Of a stretch of DNA of 63,604 nt, positions 13,437 to 26,230 are shown piece after piece. How positions within the stretch are numbered: position 1 is the stretch's first letter; every line of letters begins with the position of its first letter. The notes below the pieces were generated by a model, which saw nothing but the letters and a program-made list of their open reading frames with translations, did not search any database and had not been told where the DNA came from. The stretch comes from Octopus bimaculoides. Taxonomy: Eukaryota. The stretch covers positions 108,658,706-108,722,309 of the forward strand of contig NC_068985.1 of the NCBI RefSeq assembly GCF_001194135.2, in the 5' to 3' direction. A program made the position numbers and the translations under genes.

Positions 13437-13640
13437 GTCTGAAATTTTGACACATGGCCAGCAATTTTGGGGAGGGGGAAAGTGCGATTACAGCGATACC
13501 AGTATTCAACTGGTAGTTATTTTATTGATGGCAGGCAAAGTCGAACACGGTGGAATCTGAACTCAGAACGTGAAGATGGACGAAATGCTGCTAAGCATTT
13601 TGTCTGGCGTGCTATCTACTCTGCCAGCTCGCCGCCCTTA
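13437..13640 (-). mobile_element. tRNA SINE (family A)
   Basis: Reverse of taagggcggcgagctggcaga...gagttcagattcc...gactttgcc. Confidence 0.8.
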
Positions 13641-13986
13641 CACACACACATGTGTATGACTGGCGGTGCCCCAGTATGGCCACAGCCTTGGGCTGAAACT
13701 TATAGAATTGAAGAATAAAAAATGTATGTATGTATGTATATATTGATAACAGTTCAGACATGCTGATCCCCAATATTTCCAAATGCAATAGTCGGCAACG
13801 TTCTGTCCATTTATATGCCATATCCAGGAATGGATACGGCAATATAAGAATGTAGTCTAATATATGAAACGATATGATATAACATAAAATATAATGTCAT
13901 ACAATATATAGAGAGGAGCTAATGAAAGGGAGGGAGTAGTAGTGAGGGTTAGAGACTAAGAAATATAACAAAAGTAATCATAGTCA

Positions 13987-14019
<33 letters not shown>

Positions 14020-14561
14020 GGCACACATTGCCATACACGCACACACTGCCATACACGCACACACACAAGACACATTCAGACCTTGATACAAGAGTAACAC
14101 AGTAAACTCTATTCGTGATTGAAAAACAATCTAAAAATACATCAGACCAAGTTAAAAACTTCAGAAAGCCAACCTCCATAAATTATTCACCCCGTTCCTG
14201 CCACCGCCATCTTTCACCAAAGAACCAAAGAAAAAAAAGAAAATAACTATAAAACAAAAAGCGAGTTCAAATCTTTGGCCTTCTTCTCCATAGATATGAT
14301 ACCCCGACCCTTTCTAATAACCAGCCCACTTTTTCCAACCGTTCACAATTCTCTGATGGGTTGGTGCTGTTTGCTTTTTTATTTTTATTGTTGTTCTTTT
14401 GTTTTCTGAATTTTTTTTTTCTCACCGTTTTACAGATAAAAGAATGGCGTTTCCCCATATGGACAGATTTGATTTATTTTTTTCTACCCTGCTCTCCACC
14501 CCACCTCCACTTGACATTCTCATGTCGTTTAGTTGGCAGCAGTAAGCTCATGCCCCAGTCG

Positions 14562-14672
14562 CTTCTTCTTCTTCTTCTTCTTCTTCTTCTTCTTCTTCTT
14601 CTTCTTCTTCTTCTTCTTTTTCATCATCATCATCATCATCATCATCCCCATCATCACCATCATCACTATCAC

Positions 14673-14710
<38 letters not shown>

Positions 14711-14730
14711 CCATTATCACCATCATCGTC

Positions 14731-14781
<51 letters not shown>

Positions 14782-14782
14782 T
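14562..14782. repeat. (CTT)n + (CAT)n compound trinucleotide microsatellite
   Basis: Direct reading; produces the spurious poly-L/H/I/M ORFs. Confidence 0.95.
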
Positions 14783-15879
14783 ATTCTTTCTCTTTCTTTT
14801 ATACTCCACTCCCCTTCCTCCTGCTCCCCCTCATCTTTTTTCTTTCGCTCTTAATTTCTTTCATTCTTTCTTCCTCCCTCTCCTCCCTCTTTCCTCTCCC
14901 ACCTTCTACTACTACTACTTCTTTTCCCACTACTACTACTTCATCGTCTTTCTCTTCTTCCCCCTGTTCATTTATATATATTTCAAAAAATTCGAGAAGT
15001 TTTTTTCCCTGGTTCTTATACACATTCTCGTTGTTGTCATCATCGCCGCCACTGTTTCTATTGTTGCTAATATTTATGTTGTTTATGCTGTTTGTATTGT
15101 TCATTTACTCTTACATTTCTCCTTCTTACCCTTCTCTACCCCGCCACGTCTCTTCTCCTTCATTTTTCATTCTGCTTTGCACCATTTCTCATTTGCTTTC
15201 GAAAATCATATATTACAATGAAACTTTGCATAATTGTGTAAGTATATGCCTGCCTTCAGCATGTGTACATATATGTGCTTATATACATATGGGCGCGTAT
15301 CTATGTGTGTCAACGCATAAATGTATTGTTAAATGGGTATCTGTTTCTCTGTATGTTCGTGCCTATTTGAACATATATGCATACGTGTGCATGTGCACAA
15401 GTGTGCTTATCATTCTTTGCTTTGTATGAGTGTTTATATGTTATATATGTATCTCTGTAGCATATTGTGGTTGTTTTCGCAGCGTGTACTACTGTGTTGA
15501 ACCCACATCTCTGGTAGAAGCATAAAATCAAAAACAAACTTTAAACTATGTCTATTGCATAATATGACTTCATTATGATTTTAACTTCTGTTTCTCACTG
15601 TATATTAGATTTGAAAACAAATTACAAGATTATATCATAGAATTCCAAGAATAGAATCATTATAAAGATAATACTATCTTCGGTGAATGTGATGCACTGA
15701 CTTAACACTCCCAAAATATACACTCAATTATGTAATAACTTAAATAAAGCAATGAAAAATAAATGAATAATGCATATTAAGTCAAGTTTACCAGCAACAT
15801 TTTCATTTTCTAATACGTACTTTGTGTGATTGCTTCCCTTAGTTTTGTATTACTTCTTAAGTAATGTGTAATATGCTTG

Positions 15880-15931
<52 letters not shown>

Positions 15932-15934
15932 CCA

Positions 15935-15986
<52 letters not shown>

Positions 15987-16828
15987 GGCACCGCGAGTGT
16001 CGCCAAGCTCTACAACAGCTCTGCCGTCCGGGATCAAACTTGTGCAACTTCCAAACGACCAATGCGTTCTATNNNNNNNNNNNNNNNNNNNNNNNNNNNN
16101 NNNNNNNNNNNNNNNNNNNNNNNNNNNNNNNNNNNNNNNNNNNNNNNNNNNNNNNNNNNNNNNNNNNNNNNNNNNNNNNNNNNNNNNNNNNNNNNNNNNN
16201 NNNNNNNNNNNNNNNNNNNNNNNNNNNNNNNNNNNNNNNNNNNNNNNNNNNNNNNNNNNNNNNNNNNNNNNNNNNNNNNNNNNNNNNNNNNNNNNNNNNN
16301 NNNNNNNNNNNNNNNNNNNNNNNNNNNNNNNNNNNNNNNNNNNNNNNNNNNNNNNNNNNNNNNNNNNNNNNNNNNNNNNNNNNNNNNNNNNNNNNNNNNN
16401 NNNNNNNNNNNNNNNNNNNNNNNNNNNNNNNNNNNNNNNNNNNNNNNNNNNNNNNNNNNNNNNNNNNNNNNNNNNNNNNNNNNNNNNNNNNNNNNNNNNN
16501 NNNNNNNNNNNNNNNNNNNNNNNNNNNNNNNNNNNNNNNNNNNNNNNNNNNNNNNNNNNNNNNNNNNNNNNNNNNNNNNNNNNNNNNNNNNNNNNNNNNN
16601 NNNNNNNNNNNNNNNNNNNNNNNNNNNNNNNNNNNNNNNNNNNNNNNNNNNNNNNNNNNNNNNNNNNNNNNNNNNNNNNNNNNNNNNNNNNNNNNNNNNN
16701 NNNNNNNNNNNNNNNNNNNNNNNNNNNNNNNNNNNNNNNNNNNNNNNNNNNNNNNNNCTTTGTAATTTGTCCATTTTCTGTATTTAGCCCTGTGTGGCTA
16801 TAATAAAAAGATATCTATCTATCTATCC

Positions 16829-16875
<47 letters not shown>

Positions 16876-16888
16876 CATCCATCCATCC

Positions 16889-16925
<37 letters not shown>

Positions 16926-16950
16926 CTTACCAATCTATCTATCTGTCTGT
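15880..16950. repeat. (TATC)n arrays on both sides of an N-gap
   Basis: 15880-15986 and 16812-16950. Confidence 0.9.
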
Positions 16951-17439
16951 CTGTCCCTCTGTCTTTGTTTCTTTCTCTTTCTTTTGCCTTTCTCTCTATA
17001 TTCACACACACACACACACATATATAAGTATACACACATATATATGTGTATACACACACATACATATCTGCATACATACAAAGAAGCAAACACATATGCA
17101 TATTTTCAGCCTTCACAAAGAAACTTGTTCTAGAATGAATACTAACTACGCCAGAGAAAATGTCCATCTCATCCATTTTAAAGCTACAGAAAGCTGAGTT
17201 ATATTTCAAATCTACAAATTCTTTGGTTTCTGATGTATTTAACCTTGTATTTTTTTCATTTCCAATTTTGTTTGTCACACAACCGTATATATATATAATA
17301 CAATATTAGGATAACAATTTTATAATAATTTATCAAGTAGTTAGCGTGAAAAAACCTCAAAAGGGAAAAAAAACATCACTTTTTCCCATAAATATATTTA
17401 ATGCCCTTATATAAGTTCTATATTTAAGAGATGAGGAAT

Positions 17440-17620
17440 GATGTACATTATTTACATTACTTACATTATTTACATTATTTACATTATTTACGTTTGACGG
17501 ATATTTGTCCTCATCTTGTTTGTTGTTAACACAACGTTTCGGCTGATATACCCTCCACCCTTCATCAGGTGTCTTGCGCAAATTTAGAACCTGGATTCTC
17601 ATTCCTAAGGTATTTTTCGA

Positions 17621-17625
<5 letters not shown>
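17440..17625 (-). mobile_element. Short non-autonomous Penelope-related element containing a minimal type-I hammerhead motif
   Basis: (tttacatta)n run, hammerhead core at 17528-17573, ends in a (TTA)n array. Confidence 0.55.
17528..17573 (-). ncRNA. Minimal type-I hammerhead ribozyme-like motif
   Basis: GACAC-CTGATGA-A-GGGTG-gagggtatat-CAGCC-GAAA-C-GT-T-GTGTT: stem I 5 bp, intact core, stem II 4 of 5 pairs, palindromic loop-less stem III. Confidence 0.6.
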
Positions 17626-17698
<73 letters not shown>

Positions 17699-18429
17699 GC
17701 TTTGCTACGACTTCTTAAATATAGTGGCAATGATTGACCTTTTCAAATATAATCAAACTGATTTCTCCCGAAGCAAATGATAACACCTAATGCGACGTGT
17801 TTTTCATATTTTCCACCATCTTGTCTCATTCGGTTACTTTTCTGATGAATGACTAATATCAGAAACGTTGAAGCTATTTCCTTTCTTTCTATGTGCTAAA
17901 CTAATAAAAGATGTATTAAAACATGTCCCTCCCGTGTCATCTTTTTGTGCTCATTACCCAACAAACACAGACACATTCACACACACATGTTGATTGTGAA
18001 TTTTTCCGCCGATATCCAACGACCTAAATATCAGACAACCAACGTAGGTACTTTGTTTTTAATAGTAAATACTTGGGTAGGATCAGTCACAGATTTTGAA
18101 AGAGCTGATTCCATAAAATTGATGCAAATATTTGACACAAATTCAATGAAGTAAATGCCTTAGAACACCTTTGCTTCCCATTTTACTTCTTTGGATACCC
18201 TACCCATTTAATGCTTCAAAAATTCTATTGTATTTTATAGTCAAAGATTATTAGCACCCGTGTAAAAATTGTAAAAATATTTTTGTACTGTAGGCTTATA
18301 ACTAATTTCTTGTGCATAAACCTGAACAACAAACTGAATTCTATTGGAAATGAATATTCACAACTAAACTGAGTCATAAATATACAAGGTCAAATTTATT
18401 AAAGACGATAGTACTTTAGTGTTACTTTA

Positions 18430-19300
18430 ATTAGTGCAAGCCTCTCGGTTGGTGTTACTCAGCTAGTTTTGCAATATTTTCCTCCAACGTTGTCAAAGAT
18501 ATTCGAAGATCACCTGTTTCTACGATGTCGATTTGATTAATAGCTTTTGACATTATGCTAGTGACATGGCAGAAACCAGATTCAACAAGGTAAGATAAAA
18601 GAAAAGCAGTAAAGTACAATTGCGCTCCCTCCCAGAGTGGTGGATACTTTGTAGCAGTGTCGTTACTTTTCCATACATTATGTTCTCCATCTTTAAATCC
18701 TGCTTGAAATATTTCATCACTCTGTAATTCAATAGGATTCTCCTGCAAACAGATATCTGCACCAGCAACATTAACTTCAAAAGAAAATGTCACCCAACGT
18801 GGTATATCTAACCCCCAGCAGGTCACTAAACCGAGCTTACATATCAACATTCAAGTTTTTCAAATGTTCAGCATACAGTACAAGGTCATCATAGTGTTGA
18901 TTACTATGAATTGACAGTAAACTAGGAAATTGTAATAATGCACAACATACAATAATCATTTTCTAGAGCTGTACTTTCTCTAGAAAAGCAGTAATAGCTC
19001 TTTTGGCGGACATGAGATTAAAGTTTTCGCCCTACAGCTATTTATTAATCAAATTAATGTTATCAAATATATCTGATAAATAAGATATATCACATTTAAC
19101 TGAATTGTTTCTATTGTTATTCTGTCTGATCTCCGAATGGATTTGAAGCTTTGCTGACTTCATTTGGCAAATCATTTGACAGTACATCCATACATATGAG
19201 GCGCAGTGGTTTCGCTTCATTTTGTAGCGATAGAATAAAACCGTAAGACAGATATTCAATGGAATGCTGTCGGCATTTCCGCTTAGTCGCAGGGGCGAAA
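18430..19300 (-). mobile_element. hAT (Charlie/Buster-like) transposase remnant, internally deleted
   Basis: N-terminal RKCRQHSIEYLSYGF...LICMDVLSND..MKSAKLQIH (BED-finger-like) joined directly to C-terminal YLSDIF...RFSDLL...YPPLWEGAQLYFTAFLLSYLVESGF...GDLRISLT...HQPRGLH* (dimerisation domain). Confidence 0.85.
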
Positions 19301-19311
19301 ATCTGGTTCAA

Positions 19312-19757
19312 GCGCGCCCATATAAGCCCTCATAACTTATTTATTTTTTGGAATTTTCAGGAACTTTTTGTGAATTTGTCTTTTATACATGGGAATTTAT
19401 AAGATTATGTAAATAATATTTTTGTATGTGATTTAAGGGCAGTTTAGCTGTTGTTTTTAACACATCCCACAACCACCTGATACCTTCCTCGTTTCTTTGT
19501 AACTCTGATATGTACTGATGTTTTACAAGATGATCCATTGCTGGAATTTAAGCTGCAAATTCTGAGTGTCTATTTTAAACTCTGATATTGAAAAAAAAAT
19601 CGAAAATCGAGAAATTTTAGGATTTATGGGGTTTAAGAAAATTAAAAAATTGTGGGGTTTTTTTTGTTGCTTAATCTCTGTCCGTAGAACACAAATTCGC
19701 AAAAATTTTCTGAAAATTACTAGAAAGAAAAGAAAAATATAGACTTATATGGGGTGC
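19312..19757. mobile_element. Candidate MITE with ~70-bp imperfect terminal inverted repeats
   Basis: Left cccatataag...aattttcaggaactttttgtgaatttgt matches the reverse complement of right acaaattcgcaaaaattttctgaaaatt...cttatatggggtgc; TTAA at the right flank (19758-19761), ttcaa at the left. Confidence 0.6.
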
Positions 19758-20001
19758 TTAAGCCAGAATTCTACAAACCGATGCAAATGACGGTAGATAA
19801 CACGGATATTATATTTATCAGTAATGGATAAAGACAATTGTAACTTTCTTTTCTTAGAACATATGTTAAAATACCAGTTATAGAAGATATGAAAACTTTC
19901 TTACCTTTACCCTAGAAAACTAACAAACTCGGAGATCAGTCTTGCGGAAACATTTCTAAGTCTACTTGTTCCTAAGAGCAGAATGAGAAATCTGTCTGTC
20001 T

Positions 20002-20062
<61 letters not shown>

Positions 20063-20133
20063 NNNNNNNNNNNNNNNNNNNNNNNNNNNNNNNNNNNNNN
20101 NNNNNNNNNNNNNNNNNNNNNNNNNNNNNNNNA

Positions 20134-20440
20134 CAGGGGTTGGACAAAATAATGGAAACACTTAGCATCATAGTATCATAATTTTGAAATATCTATAAAA
20201 CCGTCAAAAGCTTGTTTATTTTTATGTTTTTTGATTTATTATTAGTGTTGATTAATATGTCTTGCTAAAATTGGTTTTTTTTCAGATATCATCAGAAAAA
20301 GGTAATTAAAATTCATTAAAATGACAGATCTATCGGACTTTCAAGGGGGTCAAATTGTTGGTGCTTGTATGGTAGGCGCTAGCGTAACGAAAAGAGCCGA
20401 AATGTTTGGTGTATCAAGAAGTACTGTATCGAAATTATAA
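20134..20440 (+). mobile_element. Tc1 transposon 5' end (TIR plus start of transposase)
   Basis: caggggttggacaaaataatggaaacac TIR; ATG at 20321 gives MTDLSDFQGGQIVGACMVGASVTKRAEMFGVSRSTVSKL* (Tc1 paired-like HTH). Confidence 0.85.
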
Positions 20441-20467
20441 AAGTAATAATAAAAGATACACAGTACA

Positions 20468-20551
20468 GTACTGTTCCTACTTCGCGGATTTTCAACTGTC
20501 TTGTGGGGGTTTTGGAAAGTAACACCCGCGATAGTGGAGGGATTACTCTGT
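20468..20551 (+). mobile_element. Tigger/pogo-like transposon right end
   Basis: cctacttcgcggattttc...ggaaagtaacacccgcgatagtggagggattact resembles Tigger-type termini (recalled consensus). Confidence 0.5.
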
Positions 20552-22359
20552 GTGTGTGTATGTGTGTATGTGTTTGTGTGTCTGTAATGTGAAACCCGCT
20601 GGATTATCACACCTAACCAACATTGGCAGCAGCATGCTGAGTATAAAGCTTCATACAGCAGCAGATCGTAAATAGGATTAATGGAATAGACTCACCGTTT
20701 TATTTTAGACTAAATCGAATATACATCTTAAATTTGAAGTATTTTCACTAATTTGTCTGTCCGAGGTAACGGCTTGGAAAATCTTGCCCAAAGCGGTGCG
20801 CAGTGGAACTCAACTGGAAAACTACGTGGTTGCGAGGTCAGCTTAAGTACATGTATTTAATGCGACAAAGCAATACCTTGTACCGAGTAAATCCACCTTC
20901 CTCATTTGTATATACACGACAGCCGTCCACTATCAAGGCATTGGCCTGCCCGTGTTAAGAATGGATGTCTGTACGTCTAAAATACCGGACAGTGGTACAG
21001 AACATGAAATCATGTAGTTGCGAAGTAAAATTCTTTACCAGACTTCCATGAGAATGCGTGTGCCTGTATAAGTGTGTGTGTATGTGTATTTGCGCGCGCT
21101 CACACACATATACACATCCCCAACTGTGTATATATATGCACACACAAACGCATGCACACATACAAGTGTGTGCACATGTGCGTGCGTATGTTTGTGCGTG
21201 TGTTGTACTTAAGCTGAAATGCAGTCAAGTCTGAACGTTATTTAAGATACAATATTGAAGATCCTAGATTTGAAGAACTGATGGTACTTGGAGACTACTC
21301 GCATTAATTATAATGAATAGAAAAACAACTCTCTTTAATTACATAGTTAATTAATGAATTCTGACTTTAATAGCTATCTCGCACAAATCAAGTACCAACG
21401 CAAATATTAATTAGCTTTCTTTTGTTAATTGCTTGAAACAAATTTATTTACTCAGTCAGACATACCATATAAAAAAAAAAAAAGGATTGATTTATTGGAA
21501 GCCGCTTCAGATAAATCTCACTAAATAAGTGTGCTCCTAATAAGATGGGAATATTTTGAAGTGGAAATAAATTTTGTTTTAACTGAGTTAACCCTACCCA
21601 GCTGAATGTCACTAAATAGTGACCAAGTTCTACCATTTCAGTCGAGAATAAGCAACCAATACTGTTATGGCTTAGAGTTCAAGATCCCGCAACTCTTCAA
21701 TACCTTGCGAAATAAATCAGAGATATACGCTGTGTAGAAGTGGTTCTGCTACAAAATCACGTACACCAATTTCTATGTAGGTTGTTGGATGATCCCACAC
21801 CCTAATATCGTGAAACTATTTTGTATGTTCATGTGCTGAGGCATTGGCTTTATACATACAAGATAAAAAATTTTGGCTATTAGTAATCGAAAAATATAAT
21901 TTACTACATTTAACTAAACTTCAAGGTCGCTAGCACTGAGTCTTTTTACAACCAGCCATCTCAAACTTAAGTTTACCCGAGAATGTGTACGCTTGTGTGT
22001 GTGTGTGTGGGGGGAGATGGAGGGGGTGCGCACACACACATACACACACACACACATATATTTGAAAGTCTAGAGAATTACTTAATACAGATTTGAAGTG
22101 TAAATATAATTTTAAAAAACTTATTTTTTAAAAGAATGTTATGAAAGCTTTTATCAAGATGTTAATAACCTCTTTTGGGAAGAAGTTTTTTTCTAGTGTG
22201 TGAGCACTTTCGTTTAACTTTTTCAAACATACGTGCTCTTAAAGAGGAAGTTGTTATTTTTGTAGTAGTTGTAGTATTAATTATTTCCGGTTTATTTTCG
22301 GACATATAATTTTAGTCATAAATATATCTTACCATTGTTTATTATATAGTGTTGGCTAT

Positions 22360-23008
22360 TTTCGGTTTAATTTCGGATTAAGACTTTTTATAAGTTTCTT
22401 TCTTTTGCCTTTCATACTTATACATTTTCATCGTTTATTTCATAAAATGGGAATATCATAAATTTTCCATTTGCACAGATATCTAGATGTTCACTGTGTG
22501 AGACATTCCTAAGGGATGAATCCCTAATTTATTGCTTATGCACATTTACACAGCTGGTCAGTTTCTCTCTTGTCTCCCCAATGTAGTTTCCATTGCATTG
22601 AGGGGATGTGATGCAGTAGACGAGAATTTTTGCTTTGCAATTCATGTTTGCATTCACTTTTAAATCCTTCCCATTCTTAAGTCTTTTCGTTGTCCCCTGT
22701 TCAATTAATTCGCATGTCCCACAATGGGAGTCTCCACAGTTAGTTACCTGCATTGTTTCTTTTTCAAATGTGAATCTCGCCTTTGTTAGGAGTCTCTTGA
22801 GGTGAAGTGATTGTCTTCGACTGTTGATAATTTGTGATTCTTAAAAATTATTCGTTGGAGATTTGATGGTTCATGTAGTAATGAGAGGTATTGTTTGGCG
22901 GAGCGCAGGATGCTGTGGTTTCTAGGATTGTGGGTGATTACAAATGGAATATTTGAATTAGTATTTTTATTATCACACCTAGCCTGAATGTTTCTCAGAA
23001 GGAATATA
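22360..23008 (-). mobile_element. Penelope-like element 3' fragment (linker plus GIY-YIG endonuclease), degenerate
   Basis: IPFVITHNP linker; CGDSHCGTC...ILVYCITSPQCNGNYIGETREKL...HKQ*IRD...SEHLDICANGKFMIFPFY. Confidence 0.85.
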
Positions 23009-23011
23009 TAT

Positions 23012-23109
<98 letters not shown>

Positions 23110-23604
23110 GTACAAATATATATATATATATGATAACTTTAATAGAGAAATACAATCAACACTCTAACTATTTATTAAATTATAATATATTATAATATAA
23201 ATACTATAAATATAATATAATATAGCCAATTTAAAAAAAAACAAAAAACACAGTCAACAATTTGTCTCGACTTATATATATTATTTGATTTACAAACAAG
23301 TCATATCTATGGATACAAATATCCTCAGTGCCTATTTTCAAAACGACAGACGAAATTCCATGTAAAAGGAATGCTAGATTGCATAATACTGATTCAATAT
23401 ACATATTTAGGAGCGTGAGCGTTAACAATTCAAATACATAAGTACAACAAAAGAACAACAAAGTTCAAATGGATAAAATAAGTAAAGAAAGTTTATAACG
23501 ATCCAAAAATGTTTTTATATATCTCCAACAATATTAATCTAAATGTATTTAAATCGAAAGTAATCACTGGCCATTTTTAATGATATATAATAATAATAAT
23601 AATG

Positions 23605-23637
<33 letters not shown>

Positions 23638-24181
23638 TATAAATGTACAAATAAAGTATCAGAGCCTTAATTAGTTTTATTGACGGATTAATCTTATTTT
23701 GCTCTGGTAGACTAAGTACTTTGGTATTTATTCTATAAATATGCCTATAAATATCCTATTCATTTATATGTGATACTATTTGGATGCTTATTATTACCCA
23801 AAGGAAATATACAAATTATACGTAATGATAATATATAATAACTCCTCTCAATTATCTATTGGTACTGACATAAAGATTATTCAAAGTAACTAATAAATAA
23901 AGGTCCTAATTTACGTAGTTCATGGAAGGGAGATCTCCGTAAATTAAAACAAACAAGAAACAAAGATATACGATAATTATAATCTATATTGTTTCTCCGA
24001 TAAAGTGACAATAAACTACAAATAAAAAATATTACTAAGTCGTCCAGAAGTAACAAAATTGGAGTATGACATTATGTATACAAGCTTTATCACCATTAAT
24101 ACATATATTTGCGAGGGTTCAAAAATACATAGCTATATATTATAATTGTTGTAATCTACATATTCATATCTGCACAAAACA

Positions 24182-24254
<73 letters not shown>

Positions 24255-24256
<2 letters not shown>

Positions 24257-24480
24257 GGTGGCAAGCGGACAGAATCGTTAGCACACTACAAAAATGCTTA
24301 GTTGCATTTCGTCCGGTCTTACGTTGTGAGTTCAAATTTCTACGTGGTCGAATTTGCCTTTCATCATTTCGGGAGTCGACAAATTAAGTACCATTGAATC
24401 ACTGGGGTCAATGTAATCGATTTACTCCCCTCCCAAAATTTCAGGCGTTGTGTCTATAGTAGAAAATATTATCATTATTA
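24255..24480 (+). mobile_element. tRNA SINE (family A) following an (ATT)n array
   Basis: cagaatcgttagc...gagttcaaattt...ttgcctttcatc...gtcga.aaattaagtacc. Confidence 0.8.
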
Positions 24481-24591
24481 TTTTTTAAGACACAGCGCAG
24501 TATCCAATACCGTGATGTTGTTGATTAAAGATATTGTGTCTACCGGGGTTTTGTACTGTCTATCAAGTCACAGCAGGGACCTCAGACAGAT

Positions 24592-25010
24592 TATTATTAT
24601 TATTGTTTCGTTATAATTTTAAACTGCATGTTTGTTACAGTCACTTGCAGAGACACTCCCAGTGTCCTGGGACGACTGAAGGATAAGGGATTTTAAAGGA
24701 TGACTGAAAGCATGAGGAGGGGAAGTAGCGAAATATCTTCATGTAATACAACACAAACATGTAAACGGATAGGGTTGTTCTACGGATGTGGTCAGTACTT
24801 GTCAGTACAATCTTTTTGGATTTTTCCGAGACATGGTTCTCATGGGATCTTATCTAGATCTTTCTGACATCCCTTTTTTTTATCATACCTAGGGCACTAA
24901 CAATAACAGGAATAGTTCTCGTTTTTAGATACCACACCGTTTGTATTTCAATTTCCAGGTCCTTATATTTACTTAGTCAAATTCCTTGACAGATATCTTT
25001 GTATTACTTA
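24592..25010 (-). mobile_element. R4/Dong 3' end fragment (endonuclease C-terminus, 3'UTR, (AAT)n tail)
   Basis: LSKYKDLEIEIQTVWYLKTRTIPVIVSALGMIKK...KIQKIVLTSTDHI; ends acgaaacaataataataat. Confidence 0.8.
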
Positions 25011-25035
25011 CATTTAAGCAGTCTGTTGTTGTTGA

Positions 25036-25083
<48 letters not shown>

Positions 25084-25199
25084 GAGAAGCACAAGTCTAC
25101 ACCGCTTCTGTCTTCAAAATAAGCTTATCAATAAATAAATATCATAATGAATTCTCACGGCAATAACTATTTAACTAACAGTGTAATGGAGATGAATAT

Positions 25200-25575
25200 A
25201 TGAGATGATGATTGTGATAATGGGGATGATTATGTTCATGAACGACGGAGAGGAGGAAGTGGCTGAGGATGATAATGGTGATTAAGATAAGGGGGCAAAG
25301 GGACAACTGCTGACTGTGTAGGCGAACGAATATGTTGATCCTGACGATAAAGTTAACGATTGCCTAGATTATGATAATGATAAAGAGGATGAAGATAATT
25401 TGGAATATGGAAATCATCTTGAGAATAATTAGGGAGATTATGACGATGATAATGACAATCATGACAAGGACAACGACGATGATGATAATTATAATGATGA
25501 TCATGATTGTGATGAAAAGGGTGATGAAGATGATGATGGTTCGGTAGCGAATAGTGATGGTGATTATTAGTATTA
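25200..25575. repeat. Degenerate (GAT/AAT)n low-complexity tract
   Basis: Direct reading. Confidence 0.8.
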
Positions 25576-25744
25576 TCTTCTGGATTGGCAAAATGCTTTC
25601 AGCGTAAGAAAAATGTCTTGCGATATTACTTCCGATATTTCGCATTGTGTGTTCAAATACTGCCAAGGTCAGCATTGCTTTTCATCTCTGCGGTTTCGGT
25701 ACTCAAGAAAAACCAATTGCACTCGAGTATTATGCATTACACCA

Positions 25745-26230
25745 TAAGGGCGCTGAGCTGGCAGAAACGTTAGCACGCCGGGCGAAATGCTTAGCGGTAT
25801 TTCGTCTGCCGTTACATTCTGAGTTCAAATTCCGCCGAGGTCGACTTTGCCTTTTATCCTTTCGGGATCGATAAATTAATTACTAGTTACGCACTGGGGT
25901 CGATGTAATCAACTGAATCCCTTTGTCTGTCCTTGTTTGTCCCCTCTATGTTTGGCCCCTTGTGGGCCATACAGAAATAAGAAACGTTAGCACGCCGGGC
26001 GAAATGCTTAGCGGTATTTCGTCTGTCTTTACGTACTGAGTTCAAATTCTGCCGAGGTTGACTTTGCCTTTAATCCTTTCGAGGTCGATAGATCAAGTCC
26101 CAGTTGCATACTGAGGTCGATTAATCAAGTCCCAGTTGCATACTGAGGTCGATGTAATCGACTTAATCCTTTTTACCTGTTCTTGTTTGTCCCTTCTATG
26201 TTTATTCCCCTATGGGCAATAAAGAAATAA
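25745..26230 (+). mobile_element. Head-to-tail dimer of family A SINE inside one 15-bp TSD
   Basis: Monomer 1 at ~25745-25980, monomer 2 from 25981 (5'-clipped); flanks ttatgcattacacca (25730-25744) and ttatgcatgacacca (26231-26245). Confidence 0.85.

Noticed and set aside
14361-15429. Long poly-L/H/I/F ORFs (286 and 298 aa)
   Set aside because: Entirely (CTT)n, (CAT)n and pyrimidine low-complexity sequence.
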